Positions 38,137-49,184 are shown, counted from the stretch's first letter. The stretch: 64,000 bases of DNA from an uncultured Alphaproteobacteria bacterium (GCA_963794185.1 CAWCDM010000097.1:4921-68920), one strand, 5' to 3'. Made by a program: numbers and translations. Notes: a model not told the origin generated them from the letters alone.

Positions 38137-40113
38137 ATGATAAGGTCAATCACACCAAAGCGGATCATACCGTTGATCGTCACCGATTTTCCTCATGCGC
38201 TGCACGAAATCGAGCATATGCTTATTCCGCTGCGCGACGGCACGAAACTGGCGGCCCGCATCTGGCTGCCGCAGGACGCGGAGCGGAATCCGGTTCCGGT
38301 TATCCTCGAGTACCTGCCCTACCGCAAGCGCACCGGCACCTATGACCGCGACGCGCTGACACATCCATATCTCGCGGGTCACGGCTATGCCGCCGTGCGC
38401 GTCGATATCCGCGGCAGCGGCGAGTCCGACGGGCTGCTGTTCGACGAATACGCCCGGCAGGAGCACGACGACGGACTGGAGGTCATTGCGTGGCTGGCGG
38501 CGCAGCCATGGTGCACCGGCGCGGTCGGCATGATGGGGATCTCCTGGGGCGGGTTCAACGCGCTGCAGGTCGCCGCGCGCCGCCCGCCGGCGCTGAAGGC
38601 GATCATTAGCATTTGCTCCACCGACGACCGGTATCGCGACGACGTGCACTACATGGGCGGCACGGTGCTCCGGGCAGGCTTCGGGTGGGCGTCGTTCCTG
38701 TTCGGCGCAATGTGCCATCCGCCCGACCCGGCACTTGTCGGCGATCGCTGGCGGTCGATGTGGCTGGAGCGCCTGAATAGCCTGCCGCTGTTCCTGGAGC
38801 CCTGGCTGCGGCATCAGTCACGCGACGCGTATTGGAAGCACGGCTCGGTGTGCGAGGACTACACTGCGATCCGGTGCCCGGTGTTTGCGGTTGGCGGCTG
38901 GACCGACGGCTACACCAATGCGATCCCGCGCCTGCTCGAGCACCTGACGGGTCCGCGCAAGGGTCTCATCGGACCGTGGGCGCATGCCTATCCGCATGTC
39001 GCGCTCCCCGGTCCGCAGGTCGGCTTCCTGCAGGAGGCGCTGCGGTGGTGGGATCACTGGCTGAAGGACATCGACACCGGCGTGATGGACGAGCCCATGC
39101 TGCGCGCGTGGATGACGGAGAGCGTGCGGCCTGCGCCGTATCACGAGGAACTGCCGGGACGGTGGATCGGCGAACCGTCGTGGCCGCCGACGGGGATCAC
39201 CTTACATCGTCTGCACCTGACCGATGACGGGCTGCGACACGACGCCGCGAACCTGACGCCGCGCGCAGTGTGCTCGCCGCAGACGGTCGGGAAGCACGGG
39301 GGGAGCTGGTGCCCGTTCGGCCGCACGCCCGACCAGGCCGGCGATCAGCAGGACGACGATGCACGCTCGCTGGTGTTCGAGTCCGCCCCGCTCGACAGGT
39401 GTATCGAGATCCTCGGAGCGGCGATCGTCACGCTCGATGTCGCATGCGACAGGTCGCTGGCAAATCTGGCGGTGCGGCTGTGCGACGTTCACCCCGATGG
39501 CGCGTCGCTGCGGGTCAGCTACGGGATGCTGAACCTCGCGCATCGCGATGGCAGCGAGACGCCCGCGTGCTTGGTGCCGCAGCGCCGCTATCAGGTGCGC
39601 GTCCGGCTCAATGATGCGGGCTCCGTGTTTCCGGCCGGACACAGGATCAGGGTGGCGCTGTCAACCAGCTACTGGCCGATGGTCTGGCCGAGCCGTGAAA
39701 TTGCGACGGTGACGGTGTTCGGCGGCACACTCGATCTTCCGGTTCGGGCACCGAATGCCGCGGACGCGCTGCTGCCGCCGCTGCAAGAGCCCGAGACGGC
39801 TGCGCCCGAACCGACCACGGTTGTGCGTCCAGGGTTGGTACGGATCGACCGGATCGGCCTTGAACTGGGCAGCGAAGGAACCTTCCAGTGCCACGTCGAG
39901 GAGGACGATCCGCTGAGCGCAGTCACCGAAATGCGCTACACGCAGACGATCGCGCGCGGTGCTTGGCGGACACGGATCGAGACCTCGATGCGTATGTCGT
40001 GCACGTACGACACATTTGAACTGCGGGCAACGATGCAGGCGTGGGAAGGGGACGAGGAGGTTCGTGTTTGTCGTCGTGTGTGGGACTGCAGTGTTCCGCG
40101 CGACTTCGTTTAG
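38137..40113 (+). CDS. CocE/NonD family hydrolase (X-Pro dipeptidyl-peptidase S15 fold)
   Basis: ATG 38137. Contains IPLRDGTKLAARIWLP, the GISWGG nucleophile elbow and a C-terminal beta-sandwich domain. The upstream 164 aa of the track ORF are antisense to the exonuclease. Confidence 0.88.
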   Translation: MIRSITPKRIIPLIVTDFPHALHEIEHMLIPLRDGTKLAARIWLPQDAERNPVPVILEYLPYRKRTGTYDRDALTHPYLAGHGYAAVRVDIRGSGESDGLLFDEYARQEHDDGLEVIAWLAAQPWCTGAVGMMGISWGGFNALQVAARRPPALKAIISICSTDDRYRDDVHYMGGTVLRAGFGWASFLFGAMCHPPDPALVGDRWRSMWLERLNSLPLFLEPWLRHQSRDAYWKHGSVCEDYTAIRCPVFAVGGWTDGYTNAIPRLLEHLTGPRKGLIGPWAHAYPHVALPGPQVGFLQEALRWWDHWLKDIDTGVMDEPMLRAWMTESVRPAPYHEELPGRWIGEPSWPPTGITLHRLHLTDDGLRHDAANLTPRAVCSPQTVGKHGGSWCPFGRTPDQAGDQQDDDARSLVFESAPLDRCIEILGAAIVTLDVACDRSLANLAVRLCDVHPDGASLRVSYGMLNLAHRDGSETPACLVPQRRYQVRVRLNDAGSVFPAGHRIRVALSTSYWPMVWPSREIATVTVFGGTLDLPVRAPNAADALLPPLQEPETAAPEPTTVVRPGLVRIDRIGLELGSEGTFQCHVEEDDPLSAVTEMRYTQTIARGAWRTRIETSMRMSCTYDTFELRATMQAWEGDEEVRVCRRVWDCSVPRDFV

Positions 40114-40147
40114 TCGCTGCGCCGTTACCCGAACTCGCTTTGCTGAG

Positions 40148-40939
40148 CTAATCCCGCACGATCGGGCAGCTTTCGTCGCGCACCCAGTCCGCGAAGCTGA
40201 GGTAGTATACCCGGACGTCGGCGAACCCCGCGCGCACCGCCGCGGCTGCGGCCAGAGCTGCCCTCCCGCCGCCTTCGCAATGGGTCACGATGTGATCGCC
40301 GGGGCCGAATCCCACCCCCTCCAGCATGGCGCGCAGCACCGGTGCCGGGCGAACAACGCCATTGTCCATGAGTTCGGTGTGCGACAGGTTGCGCGCACCC
40401 GGCAGATGCCCGCCGCGGGTGCGCTTGCGCATGTCCTCGCCGGTGAACTCCGCGCGCGTTCGGCTGTCGAACACATGCGCGTCGCCATCGAGCTGATGCT
40501 TGAGGGTCTCTCGATCGACCAGGCCAACAGAGCCAGCGCCAGGGGCGGCCCGGACATTGTCCTTCGATGGTCCGGCACCCGGTGGCAGTGCGGGCGCTGC
40601 GGACAATACGGACCAGCCGCCGTTCAGGATAACAGTCTTGACGCCGTAGTACTGCAGGATGAACCAGACCCGCGCGGCGTTGGTCATGCTGCCGCCATCG
40701 TAGGCCACGGCGATGGCCGAACGACCGACACCGAGCGCCTTGAGAGCATCGTCCCAATACGCGGTTTTTTCGAAGCCGGTGTCGGCCGCCTTGGCCGCTG
40801 CGTCCCATGCCTCGAGTGGCACGCGCACCGCGCCGGGCGCATGGCCTGCGTCGAACGCCGCCTGGTCGCGGGCGTCCAGATAGCGAACGGGACCGAGCGT
40901 GGACAGCGCAGCGATATCGACGAAGGGATCGTTCGGCAT
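40148..40939 (-). CDS. rhodanese-domain sulfurtransferase
   Basis: 263 aa with two rhodanese domains. Active-site loop HCEGGGRA. Confidence 0.85.
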   Translation of the reverse strand: MPNDPFVDIAALSTLGPVRYLDARDQAAFDAGHAPGAVRVPLEAWDAAAKAADTGFEKTAYWDDALKALGVGRSAIAVAYDGGSMTNAARVWFILQYYGVKTVILNGGWSVLSAAPALPPGAGPSKDNVRAAPGAGSVGLVDRETLKHQLDGDAHVFDSRTRAEFTGEDMRKRTRGGHLPGARNLSHTELMDNGVVRPAPVLRAMLEGVGFGPGDHIVTHCEGGGRAALAAAAAVRAGFADVRVYYLSFADWVRDESCPIVRD

Positions 40940-41037
40940 GGCGGGCCTCTCGTCCAGGGGTTATGAATATTGGGCTGCTTTTGGGCTTCGCCGCAACCGG
41001 GCAGGTCCATCAACGTCCCAGGAGGAGGAAATCACCA

Positions 41038-41433
41038 ATGGCTCTGACATTGGACGAAGCGAACCGCATCATCCAAGGCGCGGTGGCGAAAGCGCGGGAA
41101 CTCAACATCCGGGTCAGTGTCGCGGTTTGCGACGCCGGCGGTCGGCCACTCGCGTTTCAGCGCATGGACAACGCCATATGGGCGAGCGCCTTTGGCAGTC
41201 AGGGCAAGGCCGTCGCATCGGCTGCGTTCGGCCGTCCAAGCGGCGAGCTGAGCGAGCGGGCGAACCACCCGACCCCCGCCGGCATCGCCGCCGCGGAGGG
41301 CGGTCACATGATCATGGGCCAGGGGGCCGTGCCCATTCTGCGCAGCGGCGTCATCGAGGGTGCCTGCGGTGTGGGTGGTGGTACCGCGCAGCAGGACGAG
41401 GACTGCGCACGCGCCGGCGTCGCGCAATTGTAG
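41038..41433 (+). CDS. GlcG/HbpS-like heme-binding (DUF336) protein
   Basis: ATG 41038 after GGAGGAGG. Contains [16 protein letters not shown] and GGVPI-type motifs. Confidence 0.85.
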   Translation: MALTLDEANRIIQGAVAKARELNIRVSVAVCDAGGRPLAFQRMDNAIWASAFGSQGKAVASAAFGRPSGELSERANHPTPAGIAAAEGGHMIMGQGAVPILRSGVIEGACGVGGGTAQQDEDCARAGVAQL

Positions 41434-41451
41434 TACGCGCCGATCTGCGAC

Positions 41452-41558
41452 TACACCTCGCCCGCTTGCGGGAGAGGGTGCACCAGCAACAACATACGTG
41501 GGATGCGCCCTCTCCCGTGTCGCCGACGCGACCTCTCCCGCAAGCGGGCGAGGTGTAC
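41452..41558. repeat. REP/MITE-like composite palindromic element, copy 4
   Basis: TACACCTCGCCCGCTTGCGGGAGAGGGTGCACC ... CGACCTCTCCCGCAAGCGGGCGAGGTGTAC, between convergent genes. Confidence 0.85.
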
Positions 41559-41574
41559 GCTTTCCAATCGGCAT

Positions 41575-43203
41575 TCACTTCATCGCGCGTGCGTCCTCCA
41601 ATATCATGGCCGCGGCCTTCTCTGCGATCATGATCGTCGGGGCGTTTGTGTTCCCTGCCGGGACCGTCGGCATGATCGCGGCATCGACCACGCGCAGCCG
41701 ACCGACGCGGTGCACCCGCAGCCGAGGATCGACCACCGAGTCGCTGCCGTCCGGCCCCATCCGGCAGGTCCCGACAGGATGCAGATTGGACAGCGCATTG
41801 AGACGGATGCTTGCTTCGAACTCGGCGTCGGTGTTGACGTGCGGGCCGGGCACGATCTCGTCTGCGACGTAGGGCGCCAGCGACGGCTGTTGCGTGAACG
41901 CGCGTACCATGCGCATTCCGGTGGTCAGCGCCCTGATATCGTATTGCGTCTGCAGGAAATTGAAGCGGATTGCAGGCGGCGCCAGCGGATCGGGACTTTT
42001 CAGAAGCACGCTGCCGCGGGCGTCCGGCCGCAGATGAACCGCGCTCAGACTGAATCCGGGAAAATCATGCGCCACCGCACCGGCGGGACCGCGGGACGCA
42101 TAGCTGAACGGCGAAAAATTGAATTGCAGATCGGGACGTTCGAGGCGAGGGTCGCTGCGTCCAAATGCGCCGGCGGTGACGCCGTTGGCGGCGAGCGGGC
42201 CAGATTTAAGAAACACATACTGCGCCATCGCCAGTACCTTGCGCGGCAGGCTGTTCGCCAATTCGTTCATCGTGATCGGTTTGGTGCAGCGGTACGCAAG
42301 CCGCACGTAGAAATGGTCCTGCAGATGATTGCCGACAGCGGGGGCGTCGCGAACGACCTCGATCCCCATCCGTTGCAGCAGATCAGCCGGCCCGATGCCC
42401 GACAATTGCAGCAGCTGCGGTGAATTGAACACGCCGCCGCAGACGATCACCTCGCCGCGTGCACGCGCCGAGCGGGTGACTCCGTCGTTGCGCCAGGTGA
42501 CGCCGATGGCGGTTCCGCTCTCGATCAGGACACGCGTTGCATGCGCGTTCTGACGAACGATCAGATTGGCGCGGTCGCGTGCGGGCCGCAGATAGGCTGT
42601 GGCGGTGCTCCAACGTCGGCTTTTGCCAGTGGTGCTCTGAAAATAACCGGCGCCTTCCTGCCGGGCTCCGTTGAAGTCGTCGTTGGGCGGCAACCCGGCT
42701 TCGATCGCGGCGGCGACCACGCGGTCTGCCAGTTCGTGGCGGCGCGGCTGGTCGGAGACGGTGAGCGGCCCGCCGACGCCGTGGAACTCGCTCGGACCGC
42801 GCTGCTGATTTTCCGCCTTCCTGAAGAATGGCAGCACGCTGTCATAGTCCCAGCCGGTGCAGCCGCGCTGGCGCCATTCGTCGTAATCGGCGGCATTGCC
42901 GCGCATGTAGACCATGCCGTTGATGGAGCTGGTGCCGCCCAGCACCTTGCCGCGCGGCTGATACATCGTCCGGCCGCCGAGCGCTGCCTCGGGTTCGCTT
43001 TCATACATCCAATTGACCGTTGGGTCGGCGAACAGCCGGGAAAAGCCCATGGGAATGTGGATCCAAGGGTTGCGGTCCCTGCCTCCGGCCTCCAGCAGCA
43101 GCACGCGGTAGCGGCCGGATTCGCTGAGCCGCGCGGCGACGGCGCATCCGGCCGAGCCCGCGCCGGTAACGATATAGTCGAATTCGACCGCCGCTTCGTT
43201 CAT
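41575..43203 (-). CDS. GMC family oxidoreductase (choline dehydrogenase-like)
   Basis: ATG 43203. [24 protein letters not shown] fold and GMC signatures. Confidence 0.92.
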   Translation of the reverse strand: MNEAAVEFDYIVTGAGSAGCAVAARLSESGRYRVLLLEAGGRDRNPWIHIPMGFSRLFADPTVNWMYESEPEAALGGRTMYQPRGKVLGGTSSINGMVYMRGNAADYDEWRQRGCTGWDYDSVLPFFRKAENQQRGPSEFHGVGGPLTVSDQPRRHELADRVVAAAIEAGLPPNDDFNGARQEGAGYFQSTTGKSRRWSTATAYLRPARDRANLIVRQNAHATRVLIESGTAIGVTWRNDGVTRSARARGEVIVCGGVFNSPQLLQLSGIGPADLLQRMGIEVVRDAPAVGNHLQDHFYVRLAYRCTKPITMNELANSLPRKVLAMAQYVFLKSGPLAANGVTAGAFGRSDPRLERPDLQFNFSPFSYASRGPAGAVAHDFPGFSLSAVHLRPDARGSVLLKSPDPLAPPAIRFNFLQTQYDIRALTTGMRMVRAFTQQPSLAPYVADEIVPGPHVNTDAEFEASIRLNALSNLHPVGTCRMGPDGSDSVVDPRLRVHRVGRLRVVDAAIMPTVPAGNTNAPTIMIAEKAAAMILEDARAMK

Positions 43204-43358
43204 CGTTCCCCCCGTTCGGCGCCGCTTGCTGCTTTCGCACTCGGCTGGCGCGAGATTGCATATGCCGAAACGGTGACGCGGCCAACTCGCCGACACCAGC
43301 ATGGGGGCATGATTGCAGTCGCGGCCACATCGGGATCATAATCGGGGCCGGGAGTAAA

Positions 43359-44219
43359 ATGCTCGGAGGATCGCCAATGACAAGCTCACCGCATCTGCGC
43401 CCGCTCGGCGAAACGCTCGGCACCGAGGCGCTCGGCGTCGATCTGTCAAAACCGCTCGACGAGCCGACCGTCGCCTGGATCAGGCAGTCATTTGCCGAGC
43501 ATCCTGTGCTGGTGTTCCGCGACCAGGATCTCGCCGCCGCCGAGCTTGCCGCGTTCGGCCGTCGCTTCGGCACGCCGCGCAAGCACGCGCTGATGAAGTA
43601 CCGCCACGCCGACCATCCGGAAGTCTCCTGGCTCACCAATGTCGAGGAGGACGGCAAGGTGGATTGGTACGGCGTAAAGCGTGCCACCGACTGGCACACC
43701 GATTCCACCTATGAGGACGCGCCGCCGATCCTCGCCATTCTGCACGCGAAGGAAGTGCCGTCCGAAAAGGGCGGCACGATGTTCGCCGACATGCGCGCCG
43801 CCTACGACGCGCTGCCGGCGGCGATGAAGGATCGGCTCGCCGGCCTGTCGGGCCTGCACGGGCGCAGCAGCGGCCCCGCCGGCGAGCGGCTGTACGGCGA
43901 TGAAAAAGGCGCCACCGAAAAGGAGTATCGCGAGGTGGAGCGGCCGACGGTGACGCGGCACCCGGTGACCGGCCGGCCGATCCTGTTCGTCAACCCGATG
44001 CACACGCATGGCTTCGTCGGCATGTCGCGCGAGGAGGCCTGGCCGCTGATCGAGGAACTCGCCGAGCACGCGACGCAGGACCGCTTCGTCTATTACCACC
44101 GCTGGCGGGTCGGCGACGTACTGATGTGGGACGAGTGCTCGACCATGCATCGCGGCGCCGGCGATTACCGTCCCGACGAGCGTCGCGTCATGCTGCGCAC
44201 GATCGTCTACGCGAACTGA
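43359..44219 (+). CDS. TauD/TfdA family Fe(II)/2-oxoglutarate dioxygenase
   Basis: Contains WHTDSTYEDAPP (HxD) and a C-terminal H...R motif. Alternative start ATG 43377, which has a better GGAGGA SD. Confidence 0.9.
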   Translation: MLGGSPMTSSPHLRPLGETLGTEALGVDLSKPLDEPTVAWIRQSFAEHPVLVFRDQDLAAAELAAFGRRFGTPRKHALMKYRHADHPEVSWLTNVEEDGKVDWYGVKRATDWHTDSTYEDAPPILAILHAKEVPSEKGGTMFADMRAAYDALPAAMKDRLAGLSGLHGRSSGPAGERLYGDEKGATEKEYREVERPTVTRHPVTGRPILFVNPMHTHGFVGMSREEAWPLIEELAEHATQDRFVYYHRWRVGDVLMWDECSTMHRGAGDYRPDERRVMLRTIVYAN

Positions 44220-44297
44220 GGAAATGACGCCAGGCAGCTGCGTCGGCGCGAACCTGCGCGTCCGGCGCGGCGCCGGCGCCCGAGCCGGGAGACACCG

Positions 44298-45114
44298 ATG
44301 CCCAGCTTCCGCCCCTCCGCCGATCTCGACATGCACTACCGGGTCGATGATTTCACCGATCCCTGGCGCCATCCCGCAACGATCCTGATGCTGCACGGCA
44401 ATGCCGAGAGCGGGCTCGCCTGGTATGCCTGGGTGCCGAAGCTTGCGCGGCAGTACCGCGTGGTGCGGCCCGACATGCGCGGCTTCGGCGAATCGACCGC
44501 GATGCCGCGCGAGTATCCCTGGACCCTCGATCGCCTCGTCGAGGATTTCTGCGCGCTGACTGAGCATCTCGGCATCGCGCGGTTCCATCTCGTCGGCGCC
44601 AAGATCGGCGGGACGATTGCGCGCGCATTTGCCGCGCGCCGGCCCGAGCGGCTGATCACGCTGACCGTCGTCGGCACGCCGCCGCCATTGCGCGCGGGCG
44701 CCGCCGAGCGCGTGCCCGAGCTGATCCGTGATTTCGAGACGCACGGCGTAGAGTATTGGGCGCGGCAGAACATGGGCGCGCGCCTCGGCGGCGCGTTTCC
44801 ACCGGAGGGGTTCGAATGGTGGGCCAAGTTCATGGGCCGCACCGCGGTATCGACACAGCTTGGCTTCATGGGCACGATCGCCTGCGCCGATATCCGCGCC
44901 GATCTGCCGAAGATCGCCTGCCCGACGCTGGTGATCACCACCGAGGACAGCGGGCTTGGTACAGTCGAGGAAACCCGTGCCTGGCAGCAGCAGATCGCCG
45001 GACTCCGAACTGTTGGTCCTGCCCGGGAACTCGTATCACGTCGCAGCCACGCATGCGGATCGTGCGGCTGAGGCGACGCTCGATTTCATCGTGCGGCGGG
45101 GTGGGGGTGCTTAG
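44298..45114 (+). CDS. alpha/beta hydrolase; C-terminal about 37 codons are displaced by a 1-nt indel near 45003
   Basis: HGNAESGLAW and the GAKIGG nucleophile elbow. After ...AWQQQIAG the conserved ending SELLVLPGNSYHVAATHADRAAEATLDFI continues in the +1 frame to TAG 45112-45114. The uncorrected track ORF ends at 45071. Confidence 0.8.
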
Positions 45115-45156
45115 ATCGGCGACAGCACCTGCACCGGCGTCCAAATCGAGCCAATA

Positions 45157-45981
45157 TCACGCCGCCACGCCATGGCTGAATACCACGGGCAGCGAGCCGG
45201 TGTGGCGGGCATTCGTGATATCAATGGCGCCGGTCGCCGCGTCAGGCGTCGCATACAGTGTTGCGGACCCGGTGAACTTGACTGACGCCACGTTTGCGCC
45301 GGCGCTGTTTAGCAGATCGAGTACGCCGGTCGACTGATTGAATGTCTCCTTGATTGCCGCACTGGCGTTGAAGATTTCCGTGGTGCCCGACGCGCCTTCA
45401 CGGATCGTACCAAGGAAGCTCATGCCATCCTTCAGGCTGAGCATGCCCTGGGTGATCGTGACATGGAGCGACGAATTGGCCACCTTCAACGCCACCTTGG
45501 CGGTCGCCGAGTTCTCGTTGAACGTCCCACCGCCGCTAAGTTGAGCCTCCTCGAAATTGGCCGTAGAACCGTTGCCAACGTTGACAGAGCCGTGCAGCGT
45601 GTAGCGTGCCGTATGATACCGTCCACCGAGTACCGTGAGCATACTGTCATTGGTGACAGAACTGACGCCGTTCAGGGTGACGTTGGCAGTCTGCTGATTT
45701 AACGTAAGATTGCCGTACGACAGATGCACGCCGTTCGCAATCACACCGATCGAAAGCGGAAAGAAGCTCATGGAACCATAGGCCAGAGCGTGGCTGGAGG
45801 TTCCCACCACGGCGACTGAGGACAATGTCGTGCCGGCGGAGGAGGAAAAGCTGCCGATAAGGGTCAGAAAAGGTTCGGTCTGCTGGGAGATACCGACAAA
45901 GTCCACCTCATAGCCGTTCAACTGACCCGGAATGACGCTGACGATTTGATTGTTGCCGTAAGTAACTTTGGGGGCCGACAT
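45157..45981 (-). CDS. orphan Ser/Thr/Gly/Asn/Val-rich protein (274 aa), lower GC than surroundings
   Basis: ATG 45981 with a GGGAGA SD. No Cys, no signal peptide, beta-strand-like repetitive composition. A sampled 60-nt line is about 52 percent GC against about two thirds for the backbone. Confidence 0.6.
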   Translation of the reverse strand: MSAPKVTYGNNQIVSVIPGQLNGYEVDFVGISQQTEPFLTLIGSFSSSAGTTLSSVAVVGTSSHALAYGSMSFFPLSIGVIANGVHLSYGNLTLNQQTANVTLNGVSSVTNDSMLTVLGGRYHTARYTLHGSVNVGNGSTANFEEAQLSGGGTFNENSATAKVALKVANSSLHVTITQGMLSLKDGMSFLGTIREGASGTTEIFNASAAIKETFNQSTGVLDLLNSAGANVASVKFTGSATLYATPDAATGAIDITNARHTGSLPVVFSHGVAA

Positions 45982-46610
45982 GTTGTAATCTCCCAAAAAA
46001 AGGATGAAAAAAGGCCGGTCGCTTTTCCAACGCAGGAGGATACATGATTCCATCCATTACGCGATGGCATTTATACGTTAGTCAATCAATTGTGATGGTC
46101 GGCATGGTTGGCCACCACCGTTAATTCGGATGGACTGACCACCCCCGTATGTCCCGGGTGCGGATATTATGACGTATGGCGAACTGATTAACATGCAGCC
46201 ATTGAATAATGCGCGCCGGAACGATTTTATGTGAGGGCGGAGCAGCTCGCCACGTTCCTCGGCCAGCAGATCACGCCGATACTTGCTCAGTAGATCGGTT
46301 CCCGCTCACGATCCGCATCTTCCGCAACTTCATTAACAGAATGCGCCGATGTATACAAAGTATCCACTATCGAGGGTAAGCCGAAGCTGATCCTGTGCCC
46401 GCGCTCCGTGATATACGATGTTCAGCCCCTCATCGGCCAACGTGTTGAGGTCAACCATCCTCCGTTGGCCCGGCGCACCACGGGAATGTTCCAGCATGCT
46501 GACAACGATACCGTCGGCTTGCCGGCTTCCGGAATAGCCGTGGAACGTATAGAATTGCTGTCAGGTCGAGCGAAGTCGCGGGCGGGCAACGTCCGCCAAT
46601 GGAGGATGTG

Positions 46611-47438
46611 ATGGATGTTGTGACACGTGCGGATCTGCCAGGCGTTGTGGCGCCGTTGAACTTTATGGTGCCTATGGCGGAGAAGCCCTATTCCTACAAT
46701 TACGACCCGCCGCCGGGCGTGCCGCCCCGCAACGGCGAGTTGATCGAGTGCAAGATCACCGTCCACGACGCACGGCCGGTCAACGACGTGCTGTCGCTCG
46801 ACCGTGAGGGCTTCGTCCTGCTGCGACACCAGACTGCGGCGACGGATCTCTACGACGAGACAATCATCACTTCGGTCTACTACCCCGAATGCGAGCGGCT
46901 GATGAAACAGGCGACCGGGGCCAAGCGGGTCATCGCCTTCGACCATATCGTGCGCAATGCTGCCAAGGCCGCCAGCAAGGGAAGTGGCGTGAAGATGCCT
47001 GCCGGACGGGTCCACAATGACTATACCGCTTGGTCGGCGCCGCAGCGAGTGCGAGACCTGATGGGCGACGAAGCCGAGGAGTTGCTGAAGCACCGGTTTG
47101 CCATCAACAATGTCTGGCGGCCGATCGTCGGCCCGCTGCTGCGCTCGCCATTGGCCCTGTGTGACGCCGCGACGCTCGAGACCGAGAACCTCGTCGCTTC
47201 CGAGCTGCGCTATCCCGACCGCACCGGCGAGACCTACGCGATCACCTACAACCCGAACCAGCGCTGGTACTATTTCCCAAAGATGCAGCCGGATGAGGCG
47301 GTGCTGATCCGCTGTTTCGACTCGGCGCGCCCGGGCCCGGCACGGTTCTCGGCGCACGGCGCCTTCGACGACCCGGAAACTCCCGCCAACGCTCCGCCGC
47401 GCGAGAGCATCGAGGTTCGCACCCTGGTTTTCTACTAG
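46611..47438 (+). CDS. CmcJ/NvfI-family oxidoreductase-like protein
   Basis: Family-typical YYPECERLMKQATGAKRVIAFDHIVRN and HNDYT segments. ATG 46611 follows GGAGG; the in-frame ATG 46599 is an alternative start. Confidence 0.7.
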   Translation: MDVVTRADLPGVVAPLNFMVPMAEKPYSYNYDPPPGVPPRNGELIECKITVHDARPVNDVLSLDREGFVLLRHQTAATDLYDETIITSVYYPECERLMKQATGAKRVIAFDHIVRNAAKAASKGSGVKMPAGRVHNDYTAWSAPQRVRDLMGDEAEELLKHRFAINNVWRPIVGPLLRSPLALCDAATLETENLVASELRYPDRTGETYAITYNPNQRWYYFPKMQPDEAVLIRCFDSARPGPARFSAHGAFDDPETPANAPPRESIEVRTLVFY

Positions 47439-47500
47439 GTGTTCAGTCCTGGAGTATAATGGTGCACCATCATCCCTGACCCGCCAGGGAAGGAGGCACG

Positions 47501-49184
47501 ATGGCAAGCGTTCTTCATAGTAACGCCCGCACGACGCCGCAAATGCGTGCCGAACTCTCAGTCGCACACAATGCCAAGACAGATGCGACCGCGGATTTCG
47601 ACGCGATCATCGTCGGTGCCGGCGTCTCCGGCCTCTACCAGCTCTACAAGCTGCGCGAACTTGGTCTGAATGTGCGGGTGTTCGAGAGCGGCACCAATGT
47701 CGGTGGCACCTGGTACTGGAACCGCTACCCCGGCGCGCGCTTCGATTCCGAAAGCTGGACCTACGGCTATTCGTTTTCCGAGGAGCTGTTACAGGAATGG
47801 AGCTGGGCCGAGCACTTCGCATCACAGCCCGAGACAGAGCGCTACCTCAACTATGTCGCAGACAAGTTCGACCTGCGCCGCGACATCCAGTGCAAAAGCC
47901 GCGTGACCTCCGCGCACTACCAGGAGGAGACGCGCACCTGGGACGTCACACTGGAGGATGGCCGGCGCTACGGCACACGTCTGCTGATTACCGCCATCGG
48001 CGTGCTCTCGGCGCCGACCATGCCGCGCATCGCAGGCGTCGAGACGTTCGGGGGCGTGTCCTGCCACACCGCGCATTGGCCCAAGGAACCGGTGAACTTC
48101 GAGGGCAAGCGCGTCGCGGTCATCGGCACTGGCGCGACTGCCGTGCAGACCATCCAGACCATCGCCATGGAGGTCGGCCACCTGACCGTGTTCCAGCGCA
48201 CCCCCAACTGGTGCGCACCGCTGCATAACGCCAGGATCACCGAGCGAGAGATGCGCCAGATACGGGCCCGCTATCCCGAGATCTTCGCGCGTTGCCACGA
48301 GACGCCTGGCTGCTTCATCCATAGCCCCGATCCGCGCTCCGCCCTCGAGGTGACGCCAGAGGAACGCGAGGCCTTCTTCGAGAAGCTCTACAACGAGCCC
48401 GGCTTCGGGATCTGGCAAGCCAATTTCCGCGACATCCTGGTGGATCGCGAGGCCAACGCGCTGATCTCGGATTTCGTCGCACGCAAGATCCGCCAGCGGG
48501 TGAAGGATTTGGCCGTGGCCGAGAAATTGATCCCGAAGAACCACGGGTTCGGCACAAGGCGCCTGCCGCTAGAGACCCGCTATTACGAGGTCTACAACCA
48601 GCCCAACGTGAGGCTGGTGGACATCAACGAAACGCCGATCGAGCGCATCACGCCGGCCGGCATCAAGACCAGTGATGCCGAGTACCAGTTCGACCTCATC
48701 ATCTACGCGACCGGCTTCGACGCGATCACCGGCAGTTTTGATCGTATCGATATCCGGGGCGTCGATGGACGCCGGCTAAAGGACGAGTGGAATGCGGGAC
48801 CGCAAACTTATCTCGGCGTCCTGGTCGAAGGCTTCCCCAACATGCTGATGGTAATGGGCCCGCATGCCGGGCTCGGCAACTTTCCACGCGCCGCCGAATA
48901 CAGCGTCGAGTGGGTGACCGGTCTCGTTCGTCATGCGCGCGACCGCGGCCTGACGCGGATCGAGGCCACCCAGGCGGGGACGGCCCGGTGGACCGACCAT
49001 GTCAAGGCTATGGGCCAGGGGCTGCTGGCCAACGAGGTCGAACTCGTGGATGACCGGCATCAACCGCAATGTCGAGGGCAAGCAGACCCGCAGGATCATG
49101 CGTTACAGCGGTGGCTACCCCGCCTATCGCGAGCACTGCGATGCGGTTGCGGCGAACGGCTACCGCGAGATCTTGCTGGGTTAG
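47501..49184 (+). pseudogene. Baeyer-Villiger (flavin-containing) monooxygenase with a frameshift near 49040
   Basis: GAGVSGL FAD fold, BVMO fingerprint FxGxxxHxxxWP (FGGVSCHTAHWP) and a GTGATAV NADP fold. The conserved C-terminus NSWMTGINRNVEGKQTRRIMRYSGGYPAYREHCD is in the frame of ORF 48999..49184. Confidence 0.88.

Noticed and set aside
46118-46140. Possible tts box (T3SS promoter element) about 155 nt upstream of the low-GC orphan gene. Minus strand reads GGTCAGTCCATCCGAATTAACGG.
   Set aside because: Only the GTCAG core and a few other positions match the tcGTCAGcTTntcGaaAGct consensus, and the downstream C-rich part is absent. The match is too weak to call.
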